Shown here piece after piece: positions 1 to 11,329 of a stretch of DNA of 64,000 nucleotides. Every line of letters begins with the position of its first letter. Position 1 is the stretch's first letter. A model generated the notes under the pieces. That model saw nothing but the letters and a program-made list of their open reading frames with translations, did no database searches and was not told where the DNA came from. Position numbers and translations under genes: made by a program. The DNA is taken from the NCBI GenBank assembly GCA_051362555.1, contig CM120645.1:10292001-10356000 (forward strand), written 5' to 3'. The DNA comes from Lingula anatina. Taxonomy: Eukaryota > Animalia > Brachiopoda.

Positions 1-123
1 TAATTCCAGTGCTTTTACTATGTCTATGTCAAACAGCTAATACTAAGTGCAGTAAAAGCATGTTAAAACATGTTGTTCTTTTTTCCATTCTGGTGGCGTC
101 AAACACCGTACTAGTACAAGTAC

Positions 124-264
124 CTTGTTCTTCAGTCGATCCTCGGCGTGCAGACACCGTATTCCGAATGTCAGACAGCAAACTATAAAAAGTATATACA
201 AGACAGTCCCGATCACCCACTCTATGGTGTTTCTGTCCAAGTATGTATGTAATGGTGGATACAT
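124..264 (-). CDS. First coding exon of a 2-TM/poly-Cys/PPxY family paralogue (C0); rest of gene lies left of the window
   Basis: ATG at 264, 47 codons MYPPLHTYLDRNTIEWVIGTVLYILFIVCCLTFGIRCLHAEDRLKNK, then phase-0 donor gtac at 123. The LTFGIxCL...NK end matches exon 1 of gene A1 (7750-7875). Confidence 0.6.
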
Positions 265-2185
265 CTTTAAAACTGAGCTACCTCACCGAACACAGTCGAT
301 TTTATAGAAAGGAAATATGGGCCGAGGACAAAGCGCAACGCATGTGAATCAAAGCGAAAGTGTCGTAAAATACAGGTATATAAATGTGAGTTCAAATAGG
401 TCACAGGTCATAGTACAGAGGTATAGATACTACAGATCTGCTGTAGTAGCGTCATTTTCTGACATAGTTGACCACTGATTATCTTCACCAAAGTATCACT
501 GGACTATGCAAAATAGCTGATACTAATTTAAGCACCATGTTTTATTGGGTATTGAACTTGAAGCGACACGTGACATCGGCACATTCTAAAGCCATGTAGA
601 AATATATTGGTCGTTATCTACATTTATAGGTAGAAAGACAGACTGGCAGAGAGATAGGAACCAGTCATTATAAACATGGAATATCCGTCCAAAAATGCAT
701 TCACATTTAGTTAAGTTAATACTTATTCTCATCATTTCAAACACTGAATTACTGTGATGTGGTGCATTAACATCAGGTTAAAATTTTACCCAATTGAAAC
801 TTAACCTGAACTAGATTTTAAAGCTCGTGATAGCAAGAAATTATGAAATAAATAATCAAAAGCTTGTGATAAGCAAGAGCGGCATTTTTATTCCATATTA
901 ATGAAGTATTAAATTGAAAGTAACAGAAATGTAAATCGGCAGATAACAAATTAACCCCGTTTCTTATTTTTAAAATAATATTAAAATAATGTTTTTAGAG
1001 ATTACAAACAAGCATTTTTATCTGATTTATACATAACGAAAAAATATAATAAAGACAAGGCGCATTTTTGAATAGCCTTGTTGAAGTCAATGTGAAGATT
1101 GCAAATCCATATATAATTTGCTGGTTGAAATATCTGATAAAAGTTTTGTGCCCCATGCAGCCGTAACTGAATTAAATCTAACACGTTGGATCCTTGTTTT
1201 TATGCGTGTGTGAAATGTATAAGCCCCTTACAAGTCGAGAGGTATGATATAGTTTAGAGAGCATGCTTAACAACACACAGGTCAACAAAAAGAAAGTCAA
1301 GAATGCGTATAAAATGCATAAAGAAAAAGCCGGAGTCAATGCCGCATATATATGTCTTGTTTTCAGTCTATGTGTCTCGTTTTCAGACTATATGCTAATA
1401 GTACTGTCAGGGTTAGCCAAACATTATTATTAACTGTCTTAATTACAACTGTACAAACACGGTGATAATTTTTTTGATAATAAATAAATCTACATTGTTC
1501 ACTGAATAAATTATCTTGCATTTACACACATGTTATCTTGCCGACGGCGTCATAATTCCGATTTTGGGGATAAAAAAATGCAAAATCGGTTTCTCAGATT
1601 TCTCCTTTACCTGGGGACCCATGACACCTGTTTTAAAGCCAATTTAATAAGACCACTGAGTACTCCGAATACCTGCCAGCGATTTTTCTGAAAAACCGTA
1701 GTTCCTATGTTATCGTTAATAAGACAAAATAAAACTTGCATTTCAATAATGCATTGCAATTAGGGGCTCAAAACTAAAAAACAAAGCATTTTATCCAAAA
1801 TGACGGCATGGGATTGAAGCCCATACACTTTCCGTCATCTATGCCAATTTTCGTGATAAGGTCTCGTTTAGGTGTAAAGTTATGCTCCAAACCGATGGCC
1901 AACTCGCATCAAAATAAAAGATGTTAAATAGACGATAAAAGCTTTGAGTTGCCTACATGTTGTATGCTTATACACAGAAACGAGAAATATAAACTCTGAT
2001 ATTTTATGTTTTCGAGGGGATTTTATTGTTTTTAATCAGCACAAAGGTAGATACATTAATGAATAATAAGATGCAGAAAAAAGACGCATTTGGATTATCA
2101 TGTACCCTTTCAGTACCATTGAGTTTTTTTTCCTTTGACTGCTATTTATTGAGAAGAAACATTCTGATAATGACCAACACCAAAC

Positions 2186-2311
2186 GTTGTTGCCCGGTAG
2201 ATGTCGGTATTCAAACAAAATTGTTCAAATATCAGACCTCGGACTGCTTGAGTTACGGCTAACAAGAAAATGCAGCAGCCACAACACAAAGCACCTGATT
2301 TTATTACCCAT
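2186..2311 (-). pseudogene. Orphan, frameshifted exon 1 of the 2-TM/PPxY family
   Basis: ATG at 2311, then +1 frameshift relative to the homologous frame GALCCGCCIFLLAVTQAVRGLIFEQFCLNTD. The ATG frame hits TGA. No exon 2 seen before the next unit. Confidence 0.7.
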
Positions 2312-2979
2312 ATTTGAAACTATTCACCGTGAACAAAAGTGATTTTTCTGTTCCAAGAAAATGGGCCAAGGTCAAAACATAATGCACGTCAATGTAAACC
2401 GAAAGCATCTTGAAATAGATTTTAAAAAAATTAGTTCAGATAACCTGTTTTGTTCAAAGTTCTTGATTTAGATTAAAAAGTACCGCTACAGCGCTGTCAT
2501 TTTATGAAATTCAGTTTTCATTTCTTTGATTTATTCCTCTGTATAGATGTTAACTATACAAACATATTAATTTTGCCTAGATGAACATTTTTGATTTAAG
2601 TGAATGACAGACCGCAATTTCTTTGATAAAACACTGTACACATTTTTATCGGCAGAAAAATCGGCAGATGAAAAACATTAACGCTGTTTCTAATTATAAT
2701 TGAAAAATGTTTTCAGAGATTACAAGCAAGCAGTTCTATCTGATTTATACATAATTAAAGAGTATAATTAAGGCATAAGGCGCACTTTTGAATAGCCCTG
2801 TTGAAGTCAATGTGAAGATTGCAAATCCATATATAATACTGCTAGTCGAAATATCTGAAAAGCCTGTGTCCAATGAAGCCGTAACTGGATTAAATCTAAC
2901 AAGTTAGATCCTTATTTTATTCAATTTCATGTTCAAGGGAAGATGTTCATACTTGTAGTGGTATTGGTCCGACTAGTTT

Positions 2980-3840
2980 ATATTCCCGGTCTACCAGTGA
3001 CGCTGGGTTTACCATTGGTATAGGTAACATGTAAAAACGAGAATGTGCTTTACGACGGTGTGAGACAGGGTGAGCCAGTGAGTGGCCGCGTAATCCGGAG
3101 GTGCGCCCTCAACCTACAATTTTAATGGCGTTGTCCTTGAATATTGTGGATGTTATATGTAGATCTAATTCCAGTGGTAGCTGTTGAATTAAGCTATCAG
3201 GGAGTTCCAAGTACTTCCCAGGCATGTTTCCGGGGATTGCTTAGATTTGTGCATGCAACATCCCAATAAAGTGCAGCAGGAGGCCAAGACCACCTGAGCG
3301 AAGATTATTAGGGCGATCCCAGCAGCATCGCTGTAAACCCAGTGACACTCCTGTAAAATAGCACAAAATGTTCAGGTAGATTTTTGCATAAGATTGTGCT
3401 ATACATTTTTACAAGCACAGAATGTGTGTTATTTTTGAACGAAAAACTTCGGAAAATCCAGCATCCCTTACGAACATTTCTTATAGGACTCTAAAGACTA
3501 TGGTACTCTGAGTGGATCTAAAACAGTAAAATTAATACCCCCCCCTCCGTTAAATTTCCTTTCGCTCTGACAATCTGAACCGACTGACCTATTATGTTAA
3601 ATTCCAGTGCATTTATCTCCTCAGACTTATTGACAATATTGTTAACATACGGATCTTCTACTCTTTGATCGTTAGTACAGTATTTGAGAATTCTTAATAT
3701 GGTTGAGACCAACACCATACATGTACCTGTTTTGTCAGCCGTTCAATCGAACAATGTACTCCGTATCCAAAGATAGTGCCCGCTACAACTAATATGACGA
3801 GAGACCAGAAAAAGCACACCTTGAATTCTTTATCGGTCAT
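2980..3840 (-). pseudogene. Diverged 2-TM/PPxY paralogue C1: truncated or pseudogenised (exons 3840-3727 and 3350-3189)
   Basis: Exon 1 MTDKEFKVCFFWSLVILVVAGTIFGYGVHCSIERLTKQ|gtacat. Acceptor ttttacag|ECHWVYSDAAGIALIIFAQVVLASCCTLLGCC..., stop at 3189. The GAPPDY...HTVV tail (~3110-3030) is present downstream behind stops and frameshifts. Confidence 0.7.
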
Positions 3841-5248
3841 GTTTGAAACTTCTCACACCGAGCACAGTCGATTTCATACAAAGGAAATATGGGCCAAGGA
3901 CTTAACACAACGCATGTGAATCAAAGTGAAAGTATCGTAGAAATAAAGTAAAGGAATAGTTTTATTATCTGACTTCAGATTTGTCACAGGGCGTGGTTTA
4001 GATGCTGCAGTGGTGTAATTTTATGACATCGTAGACCACTGGTTATCTCGATAAAATTGTCATTGGACAATTACCAAACAGCAAATACTAAGAAGTACAA
4101 TACGTTTTTGGGCATTGATCATTCTGCGCCACGTTATCTTAATACCTTTTTAAACCACATAGAGGGATAGTAGTCTGTATCAACTTAGATAGATAGATTG
4201 ATAGATAAGCGTGCAAAGAAAGGGGCAACTGGAGCAAGGACTAGATTCGCCAAACCCCCAGGTTAAATAGGTTGCGTAAGGTGCGCAAATGGAAAGTGTG
4301 TGAGATATTTTATAAGTCCCATACAATCGTAAGGTATGCCATAGTTTGGAGTGCATCCTTAACAAACACAGGCAGACAATAAGAAAGGGGTCGAGTATGC
4401 GTATAAAACGCATAAAGAAAAAGCCCGAGTCAATGCCGCGTTAATGCCTCGTTTTCAGCCTATATGCTAAGGGTACTGTCAGGATTAGCCAAACATTATT
4501 ATTTACTGTCTTACAACTGTACAAACACGGTGAAAAAATGTTTGATAATAATAAATAAATCTCTGAATAATCACTGAATAAATTATCTTGCATTTACACA
4601 TATGTTATCTTGCCGATGGCGTCATAATTCCGATTTTGGGGATTAAAAAGATGCAAAATCGGTTTCTAAGTTTTCTCCTTTACCTGAGGACCCAAGGCAA
4701 CTGTTTTAAAGTCAATTTGATAACACCACTGAGTACCCCGAATCACTCCCAGCGATTTTTCTGAAAAGCCGTAGTTCAGATGGTGTCGTTAATAAGACAA
4801 ATTGAAACGTGCATTTCAATAATGCATTGCAATTAGGGGCTCATAACTCGAAGACAAAACATTTTATCTAAAATGACGGCATGGGATTGAAGCCCATACA
4901 CTTGCTGTCATCCAGCTAATTTTCGTGATAAGATCTCGTTTAGGTGTAAAGTTATGCTCCAAACCGATGGCCAAATCACATCAAAATAGAAAGATGTTAA
5001 ACAGACGATAAAAGCTTTGAGTTGCCTACATGTTGTATGCTTATACACAGCAACGGTGTTTTCGTGGGGATTTTATTGTTTTTAAGCAGCACAAAGGTAG
5101 ATACATTAATGAATAATTAGATGCAGAAAAAAAAGACGCATTTTCCGCAGTTGGATTATCATGTACCCTTACAGTACCCTTGAATGTTTTTTATCCTTCG
5201 ATTGCTATTTATTGAGAAGAAACATTTTGATAATGACCAACACCAAAC

Positions 5249-5374
5249 GTTGTTGCCCGGTAGATGTCGGTATTCAAACAAAATTGTTCAAATATCAGAC
5301 CTCGGACTGCTTGAGTTACGGCTAACAAGAAAATGCAGCAGCCACAACACAAAGCACCTGCTTTTATTACCCAT
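5249..5374 (-). pseudogene. Second copy of the orphan frameshifted exon 1
   Basis: Duplicate of 2186-2311 with the same frameshift and in-frame TGA. Confidence 0.7.
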
Positions 5375-5714
5375 ATTTGAGATCAACTATTTAACGTAAA
5401 CACAATTGAACTGATCTTTCTGTTCCAAGATAATGGGCCTAGGTCAAAACGCAACGCACGTCAATGTAAACCGAAAACATCTTAAAAATCAAGCATCTAT
5501 AAAAACTTAGTGTAGATAAACGGTTTTGTTTAAAGCGCATGATTTAGTTTCAAGAGAACCGCTATAGCGATGTCAACTTTTGAAATTCAGTTCGGTTTCC
5601 TATACCATTGATCATGTATCTTGATCTTATATAATTAGTATCATTGGGTTACTTCGTTTGAGCCAAGCGATTAATTAAAATAACTGAAGGTACAACTACT
5701 TCTCTGATATAAAG

Positions 5715-5716
<2 letters not shown>

Positions 5717-5757
<41 letters not shown>
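5717..5757. repeat. (GA)n microsatellite
   Basis: Direct reading. Other (GA)n tracts at ~29882-29920 and ~30074-30109. Confidence 0.95.
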
Positions 5758-5762
<5 letters not shown>

Positions 5763-6058
5763 GGACAAACGGAGGGATACAGGTAACAGGTTCTCAAATT
5801 GAATGGAGGGGATAGAAGAAAGAACGTAGATGAAGGATTATCGTGGAAATAATGGGCAGCGTTTAAAGAAATCAATTTAAAGAATGGGAAACGGTGAAGG
5901 TATCTCTCATATAGAGCCTGGGCTATCGCAGTAAATGATCGCAAAAGACGAAGAGGTGGCGACCCCACTTACCTGCTGCCAGTGGGGTTACAGATATAGG
6001 GCTGTGTTCACTCTTACTTATTACGATTAAAAGAGTGTGTGCAAAGACAGCGTACAAA

Positions 6059-6250
6059 AGGCCCGCAACCGGGGGGGGGGGCGGTTTTGGGAGTTTGGGG
6101 GGGGGGCTTGAAAGAGCCCCCCTCCCTTTTTGCAGGGAAAAGGTCCCATCTGGGTAAAACTTTATTTAGGTACAAGGAGCTTTCATAGTAAAAAGTTCAT
6201 TTTTTTTTCAGAAAAATAACCCCCTATTGAAATTGCTGGGTACGGGCCTG
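6059..6250. mobile_element. MITE with CAGGCCCGTAGCCAG-type TIRs (degenerate copy)
   Basis: AGGCCCGCAACC...GCTGGGTACGGGCCTG ends. Internal GGGAAAAGGTCC..TCTGGGTAAAA is shared with the copy at 41347-41514. Confidence 0.7.
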
Positions 6251-6904
6251 TGCAAAGACGTGCATTTTGGTTTACAAAGACATAGAGTACGTACACTGGG
6301 GAACCTACTTGTACAGACGTGCAAGGCACTCGTACTCTCCCGTGTAAGCCTGTCATTACGGCGGTTTGACGCGTAACTGGTGTGCAATCAATTACAGTAA
6401 AGCTTTTCATCCTTTTTATTATTCCGCTTGGCATAATTGCATAGTCTACAAATGATTTTCAACAAAAATTTAATGATGAACAAAATCTGAAGTTTTTTTA
6501 AATAATATAAAGGTTATCACAATGATGAACAGAAACTGAAGGTTGTTACAAAAACAGCACCGTGACGTGTAGGTGAATTGGCACATAAAACTTAAACCCA
6601 TTTCTCATTGCAAGTGATATTCAAATCCTTCAAACTTAGTGCTACTGCTAAAATTCCTCATTTGAAAATAGATATGAGATAATACGCGCTGTTTCAAAGG
6701 CACGTTGCAATTGCAGTGAAGATTACAAATCCAATAGCAGATCGCTAGCAGATATAGCTGATAATTATTTTGTTCCATCACCTAGTAGTTCATGCATTAT
6801 CAATTAGCAAGAGTTTAGTCGTAATGTTTTTCTCTTTTTAGAGGCGTTTATCCAAATTTGTTCTTCCATAGATTGTGACAGTTTTCGACATCTGATTGGT
6901 CTTT

Positions 6905-7875
6905 CTATTCGTTGTTCAGGCCTAGCTTACCAATGGTAACGTGTCTTATAACGTGGAGTTGGTGAACGACGGTGTGTGTTTGGGCGGTCAAGAACGCTGT
7001 GCTACTCCATCCGCTTTCTTCGTAATCAGGAGGCGAGTCCTCGGAGTCCTCATCATCGCCGCTCAGGCATCCGTAACAGCAGCAACAGCAGCAGCAAAGG
7101 GTGGCCAGACCACCGAAGACAATGAGGGTGAACGCAGCAGCGTCGTTGACAACACCTTGGCACGCCTGCAAAAGAGACATAAATATACAAAGTGTGCATG
7201 TGGGGATAAGGTTTTCAGAATTTAATGTTATAGCTTTACATTGCTAAAAGAGTAATTTTCTGTGAAATTGTAGGAATTTTCCAAGGTACATATGTACACC
7301 TATCCAATAATAATATTAAAATCTATAAACCTTTTGACTTTTAATATCTATAAACTTTAATATTTATTGTCACGGAAATTCGACAATCTTCATATAAGTT
7401 ATAAGATTGGCCTAAAATGGAAAATTGGACGTACAAAGTCGATTTTTAGATCGCAATTTGTGAACGGTTTGGTCACAGAATGCTTACTGCTGCATGTATA
7501 AATGTATCACAGCATACACATCAGCTATTCACAAAAAACTGAAAGCGACTTTTTAAAGAGTGACATCACCAATGAAAAACACTTCAGGTATCGTTCAAGG
7601 TTCATTTGGTTCAGGCAATCTGAACCGGAATCGCCAAATATGTTGAATTTTGATGCGTACTTCAGCTCATACGTGCAATGTTCTAGACATTTAAAATTTT
7701 CTCCCATTTATCTTTTTTAGGAGAAATATGGTGCTGGGCGACACTGTACCTTGTTCTCCAGGCGTTTCTCGGCATCCAGACACAATATTCCAAATGTCAG
7801 ACCGCAGACTGCCAGACCTACGACTGACAGCAACAAACAGCAGCTACAACACAAAGCACCTGTATTTTCACCCAT
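6905..7875 (-). CDS. Gene A1: 128-aa two-TM membrane protein with poly-Cys cluster and PPDY motif (exons 7875-7750, 7165-6905)
   Basis: Exon 1 MGENTGALCCSCCLLLSVVGLAVCGLTFGILCLDAEKRLENK|gtacag. Acceptor ttttgcag|ACQGVVNDAAAFTLIVFGGLATLCCCCCCCYGCLSGDDEDSEDSPPDYEESGW...NNE*. Phase-0 GT-AG intron; structure conserved in paralogues. Confidence 0.85.
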
Positions 7876-7994
7876 GTTTGAAATCAACTATTCACCGTGA
7901 ACACACAAGAACTTATCTATTTGTTCCAGGAAAATGGACCAAGGACAAATCGCAAAGCACGCCAATGTTCATGTAAACCGAAAGTAGCTTGAAA

Positions 7995-8233
7995 TACACA
8001 CAATGGACAAAAGAAGTCAAGTGTCACCCCCTGAATCAGAATAACCAAATAATAATCAAGTAATCAATAATCAAAGTAGGCAGATCTTGAGTAGTTATAA
8101 TATCTGGCATAAATTTCGTGTTTTCTTAATGTTAATAAAATGATACCAGGAGCATATCATTCCACAGTCATTTACATGTATCTCCCCCAAATATTGGTTC
8201 AGTAGGGGTGACACTTCCATTGTCCATTGTGTA
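7995..8233. mobile_element. Tc1/mariner-type MITE (TA-flanked)
   Basis: TIRs TACAC(AC)AATGGACAA..AAGTGTCACCCC / GGGGTGACACTTCCATTGTCCATTGTGTA. Absent from units 2 and 3; second copy at 62516-62746. Confidence 0.8.
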
Positions 8234-8262
8234 TTGAACAAACAATTAGTTCAGATTTACGG

Positions 8263-8405
8263 CAGGGGCGGATCCAGAGATATGGAAGAGATATGGAAGC
8301 TTTCCAAATTATCTTTGTTGATACATCCTCCATTTTTGACCGTCTTCCAAAAAAAAAAAAACTTAAAACTTGAAAATCTGAACGTCTTCCAGAAGACAGC
8401 CTCTG
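8263..8405. mobile_element. MITE with CAGGGGCGGATCCAG-type end (internally shortened copy)
   Basis: Flanked by (T/A)ACGG duplication. Unit 3 shows the empty site GTTCAGATTAACGGTATTGTT at ~21032. Other copies at 14511-14686 and 40237-40406. Confidence 0.75.
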
Positions 8406-8452
8406 AACGGTTGTTCAAAAGGCATGGTGCAGACTCTAGAGAACAACAATAG

Positions 8453-8460
8453 TGACGTCA
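8453..8460. promoter_or_regulatory. Palindromic CRE/ATF site TGACGTCA between the divergent A and B genes
   Basis: Exact motif, retained at 14734-14741, 21090-21097 and 21253-21260. Function is inferred only. Confidence 0.35.
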
Positions 8461-9189
8461 TTTTATAATCTATGTTACTCAAATGCATAAGTATTTGTAA
8501 CTGTTGGCATAATGTGAAAAATTGCCAAATCAAAAATGCGTATACTGTATAAGGCTTAGAAATGGAGTCATTTAAACAAAAAAGCTATTATGCCATTAAA
8601 TGTCTACATGCACATGACGCAGGTAGTTGAAGGGCTCTTTCCCAATGAAAGCAGCGATCTGCGTAGATCGACCCAACTCCGAGTGGACTCACTGAATGCA
8701 ATCAAATTAGCAGACTTACCAGTACAAGCCTCCCGTTGTTTTCAACGTATAAAATGCAGCTTTTCTGTAATCTACTCATCGACAAGAAGTTGCTTCTTAA
8801 TACGATTGAATTTAGCAAGAGTTTAATCGAGAACAGCTGAATTTGATAATACGCCTAGCTTCTTCAGGCCGTTATGAATGCGACATCATTTCAGTGCATA
8901 CACTCCATCTATACATAATTCATTGACCTCATGTCATGCGACACCCCCACCCCCAGGTATGATAATCAAACTTTTTATTGTGCCCTTATGTGTCTCTTAT
9001 ATATCAGTCATGACACCTTTTCGAAGGCATGCTAAACAAACCATTTCAACATATATGCGTAACGCAAAAAAGGGGACTAAGACATCGCCGCGTATTTGTC
9101 TCGTTTTCAGCCTCCCGTCCACACCATCAACAAGCGGAACTTCTCGATAAACGAGATTCCTTTCCGGGAAGTGAAAGCCACTAACAAAG

Positions 9190-9487
9190 ATGTCAGAGGA
9201 GAGATGTCCCGATTGCTGCGGCTGGTGCATGTGTCTGGTCGTCCTAGCCGTGGGGGTGTGTGGGTGGACGTTCGGCATAGGGTGCCTGCAGGACGACCAC
9301 AGGGCCACCCGGGGGGTAATGTTTGTTTATATGTGTGTGTTTGTTGATAACGCAAAAAGTACCGTATCCCAGTTAGGTTCGGCCCTGTTTCGTAGTTTCA
9401 CAGCCAAATCATAACTGCATAAGACCTGCGTCTCACGAAGTACATGTACCATACTGAAAAAGAGGGGCATTCTCTTCGTCTTCTTCT

Positions 9488-9539
<52 letters not shown>

Positions 9540-10537
9540 TTGATAACGCTTAAAAAGTACCGTGTCCCACTTAGGTTATTCCGTAGTCTCACAACAAAAT
9601 GATAACTGCATAAGACCTACTAGTAAGTCTCACGAAGTACAATAACCATACTGCAAAAGAGGATCATTCTTTGCATGTTCTTCTTACGGGTGGTTAAAAT
9701 CCAGGTAACCCTCGTTCAGGAGCGTAGGAGACAAATTTTAAGTGCGTGCCTGTGTTTCCGCCCCCCCCCCCCCCGCACACACGTCAGTTTTAACAAAATA
9801 TCCCAAGAAAGCTCTGCCTGTGTGTTGTATTGCATCAGTCCTGTTATGTGAAGCGTGTGAGTTGTGTCCCTTTGAGAGACCGCTTTACTTTATTCCGTAA
9901 ACACTAAGCAGGATTATAAGTGACCTAAGTATACCGCTCGATCGCTTTATTAAAGCTGTGGACCTAGTTTTAATGGCACCACTTGACAATAGAAATACAA
10001 ATGCGACAAGTCTGTAATAATGCAACGGTTTTACCAGAATAATGATATTCGAGTTTACTTTACTTTTACAGCTGTGTCTCTTCTGCCCTTCAAAAGCTTA
10101 TTTTATTCCCTGTAAAATTCTGCAGGCATTAAAGATGATTCCTATTTTGTGCAACCCACTATTGAAACGGTGCCCAGACAGCCATCAACACACTGTTTTA
10201 ACAGCTCGAAATAAAAATCCCAGTGTGTATATACAAAATGATTCATATGTAAAAGATCTCTTCCTTTTTACAGTACTGTTCAGGAGTTGTCAGCAGAGGC
10301 GCAGCCATAACTCTGATCATTTTCGGAACCATCGCCATGGCCCTCATTTTGTGCTGTTGCTGTATCGGCTGCTGCACGAAAGATGGCGCTCTAGACACCC
10401 GAGACCCCATCCGGGACCCTCCTCCTTACCAAGAAAGCAACCTTGCTTTCTGGACAGAACCATCTCGTATACTTATAAGGGACATTAGAAACGTTCGGCA
10501 AGTAGCTGTTGTGAGGCTTGGATACTCGGGAATTTGA
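9190..10537 (+). CDS. Gene B1: 129-aa two-TM membrane protein with poly-Cys cluster and PPPY motif (exons 9190-9315, 10274-10537)
   Basis: Exon 1 MSEERCPDCCGWCMCLVVLAVGVCGWTFGIGCLQDDHRATRG|gtaatg. Acceptor tttttacag|YCSGVVSRGAAITLIIFGTIAMALILCCCCIGCCTKDGALDTRDPIRDPPPYQES...YSGI*. Same exon-1 length (126 nt) and intron phase as A1. Confidence 0.85.
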
Positions 10538-11162
10538 TTTCCACAGTTAAACATGCTCAAGAACTGGTAATTCTTTAAAAAATTGATGGGAGAGTATGCA
10601 TCTTAATGATGCCAATTTTTGTGTTTTGAGCACATGCAATACGTTGACAAAATATTTTGCTTTGTCAGAAAAATAATGTCTGTGATTTGCAGTTTTTTTT
10701 ACATTATTTTGCAACAATTGACGTCGCTTTGATGAGTGCCAGTGAACTTTTTTATGTTGATACGACGATCAAATTGAACTTCATGTATTCGATTACTGCA
10801 TTTCAATTTTAATTCCAACATAAAGCTTAATTTGGGCTTCGGAACGTAAATGCACTGTACATTTTGATAAAAACTATTGGACACGACTGGAAAAACGGGA
10901 GACTGAAAGAAATGTTTTTGTGAGAAAGAGAACATTTAGAAATCAATGTCGAAATCACTGACAGTTTACAGTTTTGTTATGTTATTTTATCAAAGATTGT
11001 GAGATGAGAAAAGACTGAAAGACTGAGAGTGATTTTTAAAAACTTTACTTCCCACATTCTGAAATGCATTTGTTGATACGGATCTATGAGCTAGCAGTTC
11101 GTTCCGTCTTCTCTACCGCATTCAAAACCTGCCGAGTGTTCGGCGACGCAATGTACTTTACT

Positions 11163-11202
<40 letters not shown>

Positions 11203-11329
11203 ATTCGAGGAACACTTCTAACAGGTTGATTGGTCAAAGTAATTTATAAGATTGCTACACAGCAAATCTATTTTTTATATTGCAGTTGGGTTTCAATCTA
11301 TCGGATAAATAAAGATGCATATTAAAAGA

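Larger units (their letters stand above)
1210..5590. repeat. Older direct duplication: ~1210-2510 repeated at ~4305-5590 (also ~280-600 vs ~3855-4160 and ~935-1200 vs ~2660-2920)
   Basis: Near-identical long stretches by eye, e.g. GTACTGTCAG..TTAGCCAAACATTATT at ~1401/~4473 and TGACCAACACCAAACGTTGTTGCCCGG at ~2171/~5234. Boundaries are approximate. Confidence 0.85.

Noticed and set aside
5790-5990. Possible decayed RTE-like LINE 3' end
   Set aside because: Only faint, multiply interrupted similarity by eye; not supportable without a search.
10042-10488. 148-aa ORF
   Set aside because: Starts in the B1 intron and overlaps exon 2 in the wrong frame; not conserved as an ORF in unit 2.
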